From NCBI GenBank assembly GCA_028023455.1, contig JAQFVV010000002.1, positions 26,598,001 to 26,662,000 on the forward strand: a stretch of DNA of 64,000 bases, in the 5' to 3' direction. Numbering within the stretch: the first letter of the stretch is position 1; the number at the start of each line of letters is the position of its first letter. Shown piece by piece: positions 1 through 13,035 of this stretch. Position numbers and translations under genes: made by a program. Source of the DNA: Epiperipatus broadwayi (Eukaryota > Animalia > Onychophora). Under the pieces are notes generated by a model. The model was not told the DNA's origin. It worked only from the letters and a program-made list of their open reading frames with translations, and searched no databases.

Positions 1-207
1 TTAATGGTCGAAAAATACAAGACTGCAAAAATGTGCCAAATGCTGCTTATGTTGTTGGCATCAGCGTATCATTGCAAATCATCTATTCTACAATGAAATA
101 TGGGAAGATCATATATAGAAATCAGCTTACTGATTTTCATCTGTATGCCATATTAAGAGTATTATGTGGAAATTTAGTCAAAACTTTGTCTCAACTTCAA
201 AAAGCAT

Positions 208-316
208 GTCAAGCATTGGTGGTCAAGAGGTCAGTGACAGCTGCTGTACAGGCAGTTGTCCTGGCTTAGCGGGTTACTTTCTGGCTGATGCTATGACACA
301 TGAGAAAAAAAAAAAA
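208..316 (+). mobile_element. tRNA-derived SINE, family 1 (~100 bp)
   Basis: A-box-like TGGTCAAGAGG, degenerate B-box GCGGGTTACTTTC and an A-rich tail. Five further copies at 12135, 13036, 34218, 45968 and 59639. Confidence 0.75.
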
Positions 317-399
317 CTTCAAAAAGCATATTAATTATTGAATAAATGCTTGGATACATTTAAGTTTATTTTGAGGTATAGTATACTATCCTTACATCC

Positions 400-527
400 T
401 GTGTGGTTTGGCATTTTTGGCAGAGCATCTGACTTGGGATTGGGAAATCCCAGGATCAATTCTGACACTTCCAGATCTGGAACTCAAACTTCTTAAGAAC
501 TCCCGAACAATAATGCCATATGCCTTC
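400..527 (+). mobile_element. Older tRNA-like SINE, family 2 (~125 bp)
   Basis: Shares the motifs GGCAGAG..GGATC and CTCAAACTTCTTA.GAACTC..GA.CAATAA with copies near 41720-41825 (+), 49472-49592 (-), 49600-49715 (-), 56690-56790 (-) and 57045-57330 (-, split by a MITE). Confidence 0.5.
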
Positions 528-844
528 TTTTTCACAGCCTGTTAATGTAATAAACAAATGTATGTAGCCTGAGGAAAAAATGGTTGATAATGAATCATCT
601 TGTCACCAATCTGTTATCAATTTATTTTTTACAGTGCTACTTTTGTTCATTTTAGTGTTTTTCCTGCAATGTTTTTATTATCAGTTTAATTAGTGACACA
701 ACAAGGATTATCACATTAGTTATCTTTCATTCATTTTACCATATCTTTGTTTCAGTTAAAATCTTTTTTTTTTCCAGTTTAGGCTTTCCTTCATGAAGTT
801 TCCTGCTTTTTTTTCTTTTTCTATTTATATAAAACCTTTTGAAA

Positions 845-1158
845 TATATAGGGTTTGAACTCAGACTTTCACATGACCTTCACCCATCCATGCTATCTCA
901 TACCGCTGATACACTTGATCACACACATGTCGAAAAGATAAATAATCACCAATATCCGTATTTTGTGCTAAACCAGCCCTCATCAGTTGATCCAGATTAT
1001 CACCTCCACACATATATACAATCAAAGCTCAGCTTAAATTAAGATAGCCAATATAAGATAGCCAATATTCATACTTTAATGGGCAGGCTTCAAACCACTT
1101 CACGCCACAACTCTTCAGCCATCCATTTTCTTGAAAATCTGATGATGGAATGCTCAAA
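845..1158 (-). mobile_element. HHR repeat family A, single truncated copy; ribozyme dead (G12A)
   Basis: Homologous to 7513-7840. Minus strand 948-991 reads ATCAA CTGATGA GGGCT GGTTT AGCAC AAAA TACGGA TA TTGGT. Confidence 0.85.
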
Positions 1159-3699
1159 ACATTTGAAATAAATTTTGTGGCTTAGCATTTCATGAATTTT
1201 AAAAGAATAATATCTCAAACTGCTACGGTTCTATCTTCATTACCTTTATAGATTTATTGTTGAAATTGGAAAATGTATTGGCTTAGTTTCGTACGTAGTA
1301 AATAATATCTTTATGCCATTTGTAATGTAAAATGTGCATACTAACATATCTTTTAGAATATTATTGGGAAATGATAGTTTAATAATGTAGTGTAATTTAT
1401 AAATTATTTAATTAAACAACAACTCTTAATCATTGAAGTACATTAATTGTCTGCTCTTCTCGAAGAGAATATTTATTGAGTTCATTGATTCTTTTGTTCA
1501 GAAGTCTGTAAAATAGCTGTTAAATAAATAAAATGTTGTTTGAATTATTAGATGAATTTTTGATGTTAACTGGATTTTATGACTTGGGAAAATATATTTG
1601 ATTATCATTTTTTTTCTTATTAATTGTTTAATACGAAACAAAATCCATTTTGAAATTTAATGCAGTTTTCTAGTTTATGCATTAATCTTGTTTTCAGTCA
1701 GCTAATTTTATGAGTTTTTATATACGATGCAGACTTAAGTAGAATGATATCATTTTACTAAATATATATGTATTTAAAAAGTTACTAATATAAATTGAAA
1801 TTAAATATTATTAAAAGTGATTTAATTTTTTTTAAAAAAAATACAAATATATTTATAGAAAATTAATTAAAATTTCAAACTTAATTGGTTTTAGTAAAAT
1901 ATATCTAATATTTCTTTTTTTTTCGTACATATATTGTGTATACGCACGTTTGTTAATAATGGGAGGCTTTTTAAAGATTGTGATGTAGTTCTAAATCGGG
2001 GTGGTAAAAGTGTTAATAGTCTAGCAAGCAATGATAAATCATCACTAATAATGTTTGTATTTGTTATTGCTTAGTTATTTTACCCGTCTTTAAGGAATTT
2101 TTATTAGTAAATATTTTTATTTTATTGTATTAATATATTTTGCTCAGTTATTTTAAAATTTATCCTAAGTGGTTGCAATTATATTCTGTTAAAGTTCTTC
2201 TACTTATATGATTCAATGCATTATAACTTATATTTGATATAATTAATTAGTTGTTTATTATAATATATTTCAAAAGAACAACCAAGAGATGTGGTTATGA
2301 ACATTTTTAAAGGAGTTAATGATCAATAAGTTTTCTACCCCAGTGTCAGATTGTAAGTGTATTTAGCAGGTAATAAACCCTTTTCATTAGCGCTTTAAAT
2401 AACATTAAATCAGTAATGTTAATTGCGAAGATACTCTAGTTCCAGCCACAAAATAAAGAGTTTGAGAAAATAAGTATGAATATCTTATTTTCAAACCTAA
2501 ATGAACTTATGTAAAGTGGATGATTTAATATATTCATGCTATCATTTTAAGATACTTAATAATTAACTCAAATAAGTGCGTTTAGGTTTGAAAATAAGAA
2601 GGTTGTTTTTATTTTCTCAGTCATTATTTTGTGGCTGCTAAACAGAATTAAAAAATTAATTTAACAAAATTATAATTACAATATCTATAAATAAATTTGT
2701 ATTGAAGAATTGTTATGTTTCTTTATATGCCATAAATATAGCACATAACTTGTCTTCATATTTTTGATACTATTAATCATTTATTTATCTGACATCTTAG
2801 CCACTTTAATTTTTATGAAGTTTAAATACAGTTCAGTCTGCATAAGGTATGTACTAGACATTAATTCAGGAGTGCCTAATTTTTAGCACATAATTAATTT
2901 TGGTGCATTGAAATCTTGATTATTTATAAAGTAATATTGTAATAATTTTTTTTTATTATTATTAATATTTGGAAAATGTATATATAATTCATATTCAGTG
3001 AGTCAAATTAAAAAAAAAATTCTGTATTTATTTTGTAATGAATATTTTTCTCATTTGTCTATGTTTGAGGACTAATCCACAACAAGTCTGTAATTAACTA
3101 TTAGTAATACCTCACAGATAACACAGATTAGTAAATACACAGTATTTTGAGTGGTGTTATTTTCTTCTTCAGCTGATACTGGCCTGTAGAGATTTAATAA
3201 TCATTGTTAATTTATATTATAATCTAACATATAATTTTAATACAATATTTGCCCATTTAAATAAACATCATTACTTACAAATTTGACTTTAATTTATTTT
3301 TAATGCAGTGCTCCTTTAAAAGCTAAAGATATAAAATTGTAGTTAATGAAAGAAGGAGCAATTATAGATTACAAGATAATCTATTTTAAAATTATTTTAA
3401 TCATAATATTTTAAACAAAAATATTTATTATTAAACTTTATATTTAAATTCAATTATTATCATATATTAAAAATATAATGAGAATGAAAAGTTTAGTCTT
3501 AAAGAAATGATTTAAATTAATTTCATTTTTGAAATATTTATTGATTTTTAATTACTTTAAATAGAAACAGAAAAAACTTCCATTTAAAAGTTATACAAGC
3601 TGATTTGGGATATTGACCAATGAGAATTTAGTAAGTAGTTTTCTGATGTCACTTTATCCCAGGGTTTTTAAGATACAAATATAGCAGCAGATAATTGAA

Positions 3700-6150
3700 G
3701 AGAGAGATTCAAGAAAAAGTATAAAGTAGATAGCAGTCTTGATTTATTTTCTTTGTAAAAAAGTTATAAAATTTAAAATATTTAAAGTCTCAAGCAGTAA
3801 AAATTGTATTCAAAAAGCTATTTAAGGATATAACATATTATAAAGTAATTATTAACACCATGGAGTAAGTTAAATTAATCTTCATTGCAACCTAATTGCC
3901 ATTTCTGATCATTTTCTCATAGTCAAGATAAGACTCCAAAGAAGTTTGAAAAATCAAAGTTGTTATTTTAATTTTGCCTAGGATAAATATGAGAAAGGAA
4001 AGGCAATTAGCTCCTAAGAGAAACCTAACAATAATCACATAAGAAAACATTCATTTTAAGTTTAATGTTTTATTAATCATAGATAAATGTGAAAACAAAT
4101 CAAAAATTCCTAGAAATAAAATTTTGAAGCTGATAGAAATATTTTATAGAACATTAAAAAATCATTAATTAGTTGCAATTGATGAATGCAAGAAAAGCTA
4201 ATCTTCGTTTGAAGTAAACAGTTGATACATAAGAAATAATTTGCAAAATTTTGCAGAAAATATTTATTCTATACTTAATAATAAAAAGAAACCAACCAAA
4301 CAAATAAAACTTAAATTAAGATTTCTTATGTTTAAATAGAAGATGAATTTTTATTATAGCATTTTAAAAACTGAATATTAAATTGGGAAGGATAATTATA
4401 AAAAAAAAAATCTGTGTAATTTTTAAAGGTAGATGATAGTCACAAAGATAATATACTACAAGCTAGAAAATTAAATGAATTTATCCAATATGTGTTTAAA
4501 AATTTTGCAAGACTAATGAATAACCGAATAGGAGAGCAATCAGAAAGGAAATTAATTGATGACTTATTTGAACATATTTAAAAGTTTGTGCAGCGTTGGA
4601 GAATAAAGTGGAGATTTATTTAGAATATTAAACTGTTTCATAGTGTATATGTGCATGCAACTCAAAAACTAGCCAAGAAGGAAGGCCAATTCAGAACTTT
4701 TGTCCCATTAATTGTGCTTGTGTGTCTAATGTTTTGTTTATTATGCATGTATTTTAGCAGTACAAAGAGAGGAGAAACACCTAATTGCACAAGGAATGGT
4801 AAAAGTCTACAGCTTAACCACGGTAATATTAAACTAAAAAAAATTTTCTGAAATGAGTTTTAAAGAAAAAAAAACAAGGTGAAAAGGATTTCAATTGTAA
4901 ATTTATTAGTAATATTTTTTTGGTTTGATATGAAATATGAATACAGAATATTTTCATAGTAGTGATTTAAAGAATTTATATTTGCAATCTAGTATATAAT
5001 GTTAAAAGTATGCTTAAATATAGGAAGAGAGTACCCATGAGTTATAATATGAGAGAGTGTGGGTGGGGCTGAGCCAGTATAAATTTTTAGAAAATTATGG
5101 TAACACACATTAAAAGAGATGTTGAAGTTATTGTTAAACATACTTAACAAAGAGGAATGAACTAATAATCATAAATAAAATCTGATAGGATTCTTGGAAA
5201 GGTATAACAAATATATTATAAAATGTAATATTTATGAGAGCAAGAACGAGTGGATGTTGATGTAAGGCTATATCATGATCTCATTTATTAAAAAAACAAA
5301 ACAAAAAGAAAAAAACTAAATATATGATTAATAATGATAATAGAAATAGATTATTTGTTTTGTGACATCATGGCAAATATAGGTAGGTGAATATTTCGTG
5401 AGAAGATTATATTCTATTATTGGTAGAATACATTACACGAGAAGATGAGTTAAAATTCCAGGATAGGATATATAAAATAGTGCCTTGAAGAACTGATGAA
5501 GGGTTAAGTGGGATTAATCTTTGTTACACTCAGATAGTTAGTAGGGAAAGATAGGAGGATTTTCGGCAAAGAAATGATTGTGGTACATACCGTAAGTGCT
5601 TATTAAAGAAGCCAGGATAGGATTGGGATAAATTCATTAAGAAAATGAATAAAGAAAATCTCCATCCCTTCATTAGGATGGTAATTAATAAAATCAGCGA
5701 CTCATCTCTCTAAAGTTATAGTAAATACTAATATAGTGTGCATCGAAGGTAGATACAATACTTTAAAGGATTGTATGAGTTTTCTTCTTAAGCTTGGATA
5801 GAGTATTCTGTAGATAGTGGAATTATATATGGAACAAAGGTCCTATATAGTTGGATAACAGCTTGAATAAATGACCATATAAATAAGAATAACTGAGATC
5901 TAAGATCAATACAAAACATGAGTATGAGAGAGAGAATGAATGGGTTAAATGAATTTCATCATATGATAAAGAATCCTAACTTTATTATTCATTTTAAATA
6001 CATCATAAGTATTGTCTTTATTTTTTTTGTTACTTATCACATCATTAATAATTTAGTTAATAAGATTGGAGTGTCAGATTTTAAACCCATTTTTAAATAT
6101 TAAATATAATTTTCTAGTACAAGATTATTAATATATTGGAAGTTACAAAA
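3700..6150 (+). pseudogene. Highly decayed non-LTR retrotransposon ORF2 relic
   Basis: A-rich sense strand with scattered RT-like peptide traces (near 4500-4600, 5030-5080 and 5810-5870), all frames broken. It appears to resume at 7229-7400 after the pogo-type insertion. Confidence 0.3.
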
Positions 6151-6159
6151 TATCATGTA

Positions 6160-7226
6160 CATCTGTGTCTCGTTTTATGCGGATTACTTTAATGCGATTT
6201 TGAAGTTATGCGATTCATGTTTCTTCTTAATATTTTTCATATTTCACTATATTTATTAGATATCAAGAAATTTAAATTATTAATAACTTATTTTGACTTG
6301 AAATACTTTTTTTTTTTTTTTCAAAAATATAACGTTATATTAGCAGCTAACGTGAATATGGCCTGAAGCTGTATTTAGAATAAATAACCTACTTATACTA
6401 ATGAGTAAATAATAATAATAGATTTATATTTACATATAAAAATATTGCAATAAATATTCAAAAATTTTAAACTTTTAAAATGTATTTTGTTAGGTATAAC
6501 AGAAATAAATAATGTAGATTTTTAAAATAAATAACTAAGATTTTATTGATTTTATAAACTGAAAATATTTTTAATGATAATGTATAATCTTTTTGTTTTG
6601 ATTGCGATCCTCATTTTTTTTAATATAGAAACAAAATGTGAACATTTAAAATTTATTTCAGTAGTAAAAATCAGTTGTCAACAGAAAACCATTAACACAG
6701 CACAAGACTGAAATTGGCACTAGTTGTGTAAATGGGATGGAGCAGAATATGGGAAAACTTAGAGTGGAGAATGGAAAATAAAGTGGCTAACAAGTTTCTC
6801 TGGGCATAATTGCTGAGAGATTCTTGACTTCATTCAAGAAGAACCTACATCACACCACGTCGACGAATCTGATTTCTTACCAGTTTACAAACGAACCACA
6901 GATTCGAAAATAGCGATAATGATTAAAATACGAATGAAAAAATATCAAATTAAATACTGTAGTTAATAAAAAAAAGTAAAAAAAGTTTGTCTTGTACCAA
7001 TTTTTATCAAATATTTGATATTTTTTTATTAGTCTTACTTTATTTCCTTATTTTTTTAATGCAAATTTTAAAGTAATTTTTCTTTGTTGCTTTGCTTTTA
7101 TGCGAATTCTGAAAATTACAGACCCTATCCCCCATTTTTCAAGGTAAGTTAAGTCTATTTTTGTGCGATTTTTTTAATGTGGGTTTTCTGTGGAACCTAT
7201 CTACCGCATAAAACGAGACCCAGGTG
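6160..7226. mobile_element. pogo/Tigger-type non-autonomous DNA transposon
   Basis: TIRs CATCTGTGTCTCGTTTTATGCGG and CCGCATAAAACGAGACCCAGGTG, TA dinucleotides at 6158-6159 and 7227-7228, and repeated subterminal TGCGATT motifs. Confidence 0.8.
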
Positions 7227-7622
7227 TAATATGGAAAATGACTGTGAAGATCTCAGATAACTCACGAATGATGCAAATATATCAGATTCATATGAAAACA
7301 TACATAATGATAAAATAATAAACTGATAGTTTTAAAAGAATTAGATATAAACTATGAGAAGGGTTAAGTGGATCTCATAATCACTAAATTTATTTGCAAA
7401 GAATGTAAATAAGTTATAATCAATGTATAAATAGTTTCATGCTTATTTGTTTGTGTTATTGTTAATGATGCATTTAACCTAATGTGCATATGTTTGTTGT
7501 TTATTAGTATTGTTGTAAGTATAGAGGATTTGAACTCAGATTTTCAAGCACCCTTCAACTATCCACACTATCTCATACAACTGATACACATGACCACACA
7601 CATGTAGAAAAGATTAATAATC

Positions 7623-7666
7623 ACCAATATACATATTTCATGCTAAACCAGCACTCATCAGTTGGT
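7623..7666 (-). ncRNA. Minimal type I hammerhead ribozyme (family A), core intact
   Basis: ACCAA CTGATGA GTGCT-GGTTT-AGCAT GAAA TATGTA T A TTGGT: 5-bp helix I, 5-bp helix II, full CUGAUGA/GAAA/UH core. Confidence 0.9.
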
Positions 7667-8036
7667 CCAGACTATCATCTCTCACACATACATATAATCA
7701 ATGCTCAGTTTATATTAAGATAGCAAATCTTCATACTTTAATGGACAGGCTTCAATCCACTGCAACCTCCAACTTTTCAGCCATCCATATCATTGAAAAT
7801 CTGATGATGAAAACTCAAATCCCATGCTGATGCTAATATTGTAATATTAGCATCAGCATGGGATTTGAGTTTTCATCATCAGATTTAGCATCAGCATGGG
7901 ATTTGAGTTTCATCATCAGATTTTCAATGATATGGATGGCTGAAAAGTTGGAGGTTGCAGTGGATTGAAGCCTGTCCATTAAAGTATGAAGATTTGCTAT
8001 CTTAATATAAACTGAGCATTGATTATGATAGTCTGG

Positions 8037-8080
8037 ACCAACTGATGAGTGCTGGTTTAGCATGAAATACATATATTGGT
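8037..8080 (+). ncRNA. Minimal type I hammerhead ribozyme (family A), core intact
   Basis: ACCAA CTGATGA GTGCT-GGTTT-AGCAT GAAA TACATA T A TTGGT. Predicted cleavage after 8075. Confidence 0.9.
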
Positions 8081-8229
8081 GATTATTAATCTTTTCTACA
8101 TGTGTGTGGTCATGTGTATCAGTTGTATGAGATAGTGTGGATAGTTGAAGGGTGTTGAAAATCTGAGTTCAAATCCTCTATACTTACAAATAAACTCCCA
8201 GGTTTGTGAAGAGTGCCTGGTTCTCAAAT

Positions 8230-8900
8230 ATTTAATATTGTAGTAAATAAAATGCCATATTGATTTAACTCTGTAGTAGTGGTTTCATTGTGTTTGAAAG
8301 TCATTTCCATCACAAGGTCATATCAATAAAGCACATTATCCACATATAATTATACATATCATGTGTTGATTACCTGCCTTACTTGAGGAGATCTGTTTAA
8401 TAGTTTATGATTAATCCACTAACTCTCATCTGCTTCTAAATAATAACTATACCAAAAGGGAGTATGGTACTTTGTATTGTTATGGGAGATAGAAGAATGT
8501 TGAAGAGCCCTGTGAAAAATACTATTTAGTATTACCAAATGGAGCATATAATAGAAATTAGTAGTATGTTAAAAGTCACATCCTGAGTTTGTAATCTTAT
8601 TGAAAATATATTACATCATAAATTTAAAGTAATATCTTATTCCAGAGTGCAAGTTACTGACCAATATGTTTTAAGGTCTGTGATTCAGAAGGATTTGATC
8701 ACAGTAAGTGAATGCTGATTAATTATGAGAGATAGTTCAGTGAACTAAACTTTATAAATAATAATGGTGTAATAAAGCTTTGATTATAACAAAATGAGTA
8801 TTCTAGAGTAATTGTTATTGGTATAAGTATGACATGGTATAAGTATGACAACCAATTATAGCAAAGCAGATGAAGTTCTAGAAATGAGATTAATGAGTAG
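8230..8900 (-). pseudogene. Possible reverse-transcriptase relic (motif A/B/C-like traces)
   Basis: Broken frames give YYFKF.., SQGSS.. and LYVDNVL in the order expected for RT motifs A, B' and C. Confidence 0.3.
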
Positions 8901-9164
8901 ATAGCCATTGTTGATTTCCATACATCATTATTATTAAAATTAGATTAATTTTTTATAGGAAACTAATCGTAGCTTGTAACAGCAAGTGATTTTGAAATGG
9001 TTGGACCCCAGTAAAATCCTTCTTGCGATTTAACTATTTCACTATTAATCAAATTAATCATAATATATTGTCAAATAGAATACTTATGATCCCTGAGATA
9101 GCCATAGAGTAGCATTAATTAGTTTAGGGTAAGTAAATAATATTTTATTTTATAAAGTGCAAAC

Positions 9165-9400
9165 AGTATTGAAATTAAACTGAGAGACTGCAAACCTCTC
9201 GCACTCATTACTATCTAACAGCCAATCAGATCACAAATACAAGACAGAGAATTTAACAAGAAAAGGGTGGTTGTGTTAATGTAGTATTGAAATTAAACTG
9301 AGAGACTGCAAACCTCTCGCACTCATTACTATCTAACAGCCAATCAGATCACAAATACAAGACAGAGAATTTAACAAGAAAAGGGTGGTTGTGTTAATGT
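9165..9400 (+). repeat. Exact 118-bp direct tandem duplication
   Basis: 9165-9282 and 9283-9400 read identically. Confidence 0.95.
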
Positions 9401-10069
9401 TATTAATTTAAGATTCTTAAATTATAGAGTCTGTTAAATCCATATTAAATATAGAATATTAGGTTAGTCATTGCTTGTTGTTGTTTTCCCAATAATTATA
9501 ACAGGATAGTAGCAAGAGAATTTCCACAATATTAATGCCATTGTGGAGTGTGGTTTATACTTCCCAATATTAAAATCTCTCCATTGTAACCATCCTTAGA
9601 GTCTATCCTATAAATTTTATGGGTAGCAAATTTCAAGCCCCATAAAGTCTTGTCCTTTATTGTTGTGATACTGGATTGCTAAGTATTGAGCTAGTACGGG
9701 GAGAGTAAAAGAGTAGGTAAGGTAGAGATGGTTAGAAGAACCAGATGGGAAGGTTACATAGAGAAGGGAGGGGTTTTTGGCACCCAACTGTGTGGCCTGA
9801 TTATTATCTAATCAGTGCTTCTGCATAGTCACTTGTTATATCCAATGATTACATAAATATTGTTTTATAATATCAAACACTTAGAACAAGAAAAACAAAA
9901 TATAAATTATAATAACAAAAATTTTTAACATATAGCTCACATATGTAAAAGGACAGACTTTAATTACTTATCGTAGGAGGGTAGATATTGTTAAGCTATC
10001 TTATTATGTAAGGATATTTATTTAAGAATTTTAAAAGTATTTAATCTATGATTAAAAGCAAATACACAA

Positions 10070-11040
10070 TATATAATATTTAAATGCAAGTATAATATCT
10101 ATACTGACCTTAATGTAATTAGAAGGGATTTAAACTCAGACTTTCAAACTCCCTACAGTTATTCATTCTATCTCATACAACACATACATGTGACCACACA
10201 CATGAAAAAGATAAATGATCTCCAATATACATATTTCATTCTGACCAACATACATTAGTTGGTCCAGATCATCATCTTTCACCCATATATATAATCATTG
10301 GTCAGTTTATATTAAGATAGCAAATTTTCAAACTTTAATGGACAGGCTTCAATCTACTCCACCATCCAACTCTTCAACCATTCATACCATTGAAAATCTG
10401 ATGATGGAACAGCCAAATCTCTTGTTGATGCCAATATTATTGTCATGTCTATGTTGACTTTACATCATCTAACTCCTCATGTATATGACCATATCCATTT
10501 AAATACTCAGAAGAGGGATGGGCAGAATGCAGGTTGAATATGTAATACTTAAATGCAAGTATATTGTCTATTCTGAACTTAATCTAATTAGAAGGAATTT
10601 GAACTCAGATTTCAAGCTCCTACAGCTATTCACTCCATCTTATACAACCAATACACATGACCACACACATGTGTGAAAAAGATAAATGATCCCCAATATA
10701 CATATTACATGTTATCAATTGGTCCATATCATTATTTCCCATACATAATTTATAATCAGTGTTCAGTTTATATTAAGATAGCAAATCTTCAAGCTTTAAT
10801 GGGCAGGCTTCAATTTTCTCCACCCTCCAACTCTTCAGCCATCCATATCATTGAACTGAACTCTGATTATATATATGCATGGGAGATGATGATCCTGACC
10901 AACTGATGAGTGCTGGCTGAGCACAAAATAGATATATTGGAGATTATTTCGTTTTCACATGTATATGGTCATGTATATTGATTGTATAAGATGGAGTGAA
11001 TAGCTATAGGGAGCTTGAAAGTCTGAGTTCAAATCCTTTT
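10070..11040. mobile_element. HHR repeat family A: tandem dimer (469-bp period) plus inverted partial copy
   Basis: The motif AGAAGG.ATTT.AACTCAGA recurs at 10121 and 10590. The inverted arm at about 10865-11040 has a G12A hammerhead at 10898-10941. The cores in the two tandem units are mutated or deleted. Confidence 0.9.
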
Positions 11041-11058
11041 TAATATATATATATATAT

Positions 11059-13012
11059 TATTGTACCAGAAACCCACGGCTGATGATAAAATAATATTGA
11101 TTTATCTAGACTGATCATTCATATATCAGCACACACTGATAACACTTCTGGGCTCTATATTATTCTACAATAATATATATATTGACTGTATTTAAAAGTT
11201 TAATAAGATCGGATTTGATGATGACGATCAAACCTGTTCTCTATATGAATATTTGTATAAGTCGCTGTGGTTATATTTCCTTATTAGGCATATCCTAAAT
11301 CCTATCTCGGAGTTGGTACATTTAATATTCATTTGGAAGGATTTTATTAGAAATTTAAACTTAATTATCTGAATTCAAAGCACCACTTTCTTTTAAGAAA
11401 AACCATATAATCGCATACGAATATTATATCTTCTGACATCATCATCACAGTTCACTGAGTAATAATTGTGCTTTTTTAAACTCAGAACATGAGTGCTTAA
11501 ACTTAGCTGAGACTCGATGTGTATGCATTGAAGATAAGATTACTGAGAGAATAATGCACAACTCTCAAATAAATTAAATAAAATATTCATAATTTATTTA
11601 GACACATAAAAAAGTAAACAATAAATATAGCGAGTTTTATGCATATAAAAAAATTAATAAAAGTTATATTAATTAAAAATGTACACACAACTAAATAATT
11701 TAATATCTGTACACAGATAACACTTGTGGTCTTTATATTATTCTACAATAATATATATTTGACAGTGTATTTAAATAACCGTTAATGAATCAATATAAAT
11801 ACTATCCATTTATGTAACCATAAAAACAAATTAAAAACATTTAAAATTGCCATTTTTTAAGATTTACAACTTATATTATTTTAATAAGCTACATGCGTAT
11901 AAATCATTAAATTCTTGTTTCAGGTTGATTCAAAAGATCTAGTATGTTTGCCACCAATGGACTATTTATTATTTTAATTCTTATAATATCTTTGTTGGGT
12001 AATTTTAGAGTCAGTGTTCTAAGCTTTCACATTTTCACTTGTTGCTTAACTACACAGGTAAGATAAGAGCAGGTGATTGGAAAATAGTTCTGAAGGCAAA
12101 AGGTTACATTTAACTAGTTCATTTGTTTCTGGGCTTTTTTTTCTTCATATGTCATAGCATCGGCCGGGATGCGAAGCCACAACCGTCTGCAACCAACTAC
12201 TTGCTTGCAAGGCGGCTGCGATGACCTCTCGGCTAACAACGCTTGACTATAGGGCATTTTCTTGGTGATTTTTTAGAGTTCACAAGATTACATTGTGAGT
12301 TCTTGTTGGTGCATTTAACGATCTATGCTTGTTCTATTCTTTCCTACTAAATTGGACATTTTAATTGACCGGTTTAATAACAATACTGAGAAATAATGTG
12401 ACGGCAATTTGAAACAAGCTATAATGATTCTGCAACTATAATGGAATTTTTTAAATTTATATCCTACTACTAATGTGTATGTATAACGTGCTTTCCACAA
12501 ACATTATAACCAGCTTTTGTTAAGCCAGGACAATCCTTCCCAGAAAACCGCACTCGTTTTTCCTTATCTTTAAACCCTGGTTTAAGTTTTATCTTTCTTA
12601 ATCTCTTCAATTACATTTAATTACAGTTCCGATTAAATTTATCCGTAATCAAACCTTATCAACACAACTTAAATATTTTTTTTTAAAAAATAATTTTTAA
12701 CTTTGGTTAAGCTATTATATATACAAGACCATAAAATATATAATTTTAATTTTTAACTCTGCGTATTAGAGATATTAGAAATATGCAAAATTTTATAAAT
12801 TTGGATAATCTTCAAAATTAAAAACTATAAATTTAATCTATACATTAATCTACACATACAGATGTATGAGATCTATTGAAATAATTTTTATTATTGCATA
12901 AAATTCAATTTTATCTGGAAATGTTTAATAACTTATTTTGAATTCATTTTTATGGGAGCAGCTTGTAGTACCATCATGGCCAGAGTTGACCAATGTTTGT
13001 AATATTACAATA
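11059..13012. mobile_element. Unclassified ~2-kb repeat 'D', copy 1
   Basis: Colinear similarity to 18419-20698 along its length. Both copies begin TATTGTA and end TACAATA. Confidence 0.75.
12135..12247 (-). mobile_element. tRNA-derived SINE, family 1, inserted in repeat D copy 1
   Basis: Reverse complement of the 13036 copy. Absent at the equivalent position of D copy 2. Confidence 0.8.
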
Positions 13013-13035
13013 TTCCATCTATAAAATGATGAGAC

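Larger units (their letters stand above)
7513..8189. mobile_element. HHR repeat family A, near-perfect inverted duplication (~330 bp arms)
   Basis: 7842-8189 is the reverse complement of 7513-7840, apart from a ~38-bp internal duplication and a short deletion. Each arm carries a hammerhead. Confidence 0.95.

Noticed and set aside
7801-7812. A second CTGATGA on the opposite strand of family A (also near 1139 and 10400)
   Set aside because: It is not followed by a stem and GAAA in a consistent way across copies, so there is no evidence for ribozymes on both polarities.
11059-13012. Element D as a solo LTR (TGTA...TACA)
   Set aside because: The flanking 4-mers (TTAT versus ATAT) are not identical in either copy, so there is no TSD. 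It is left unclassified.
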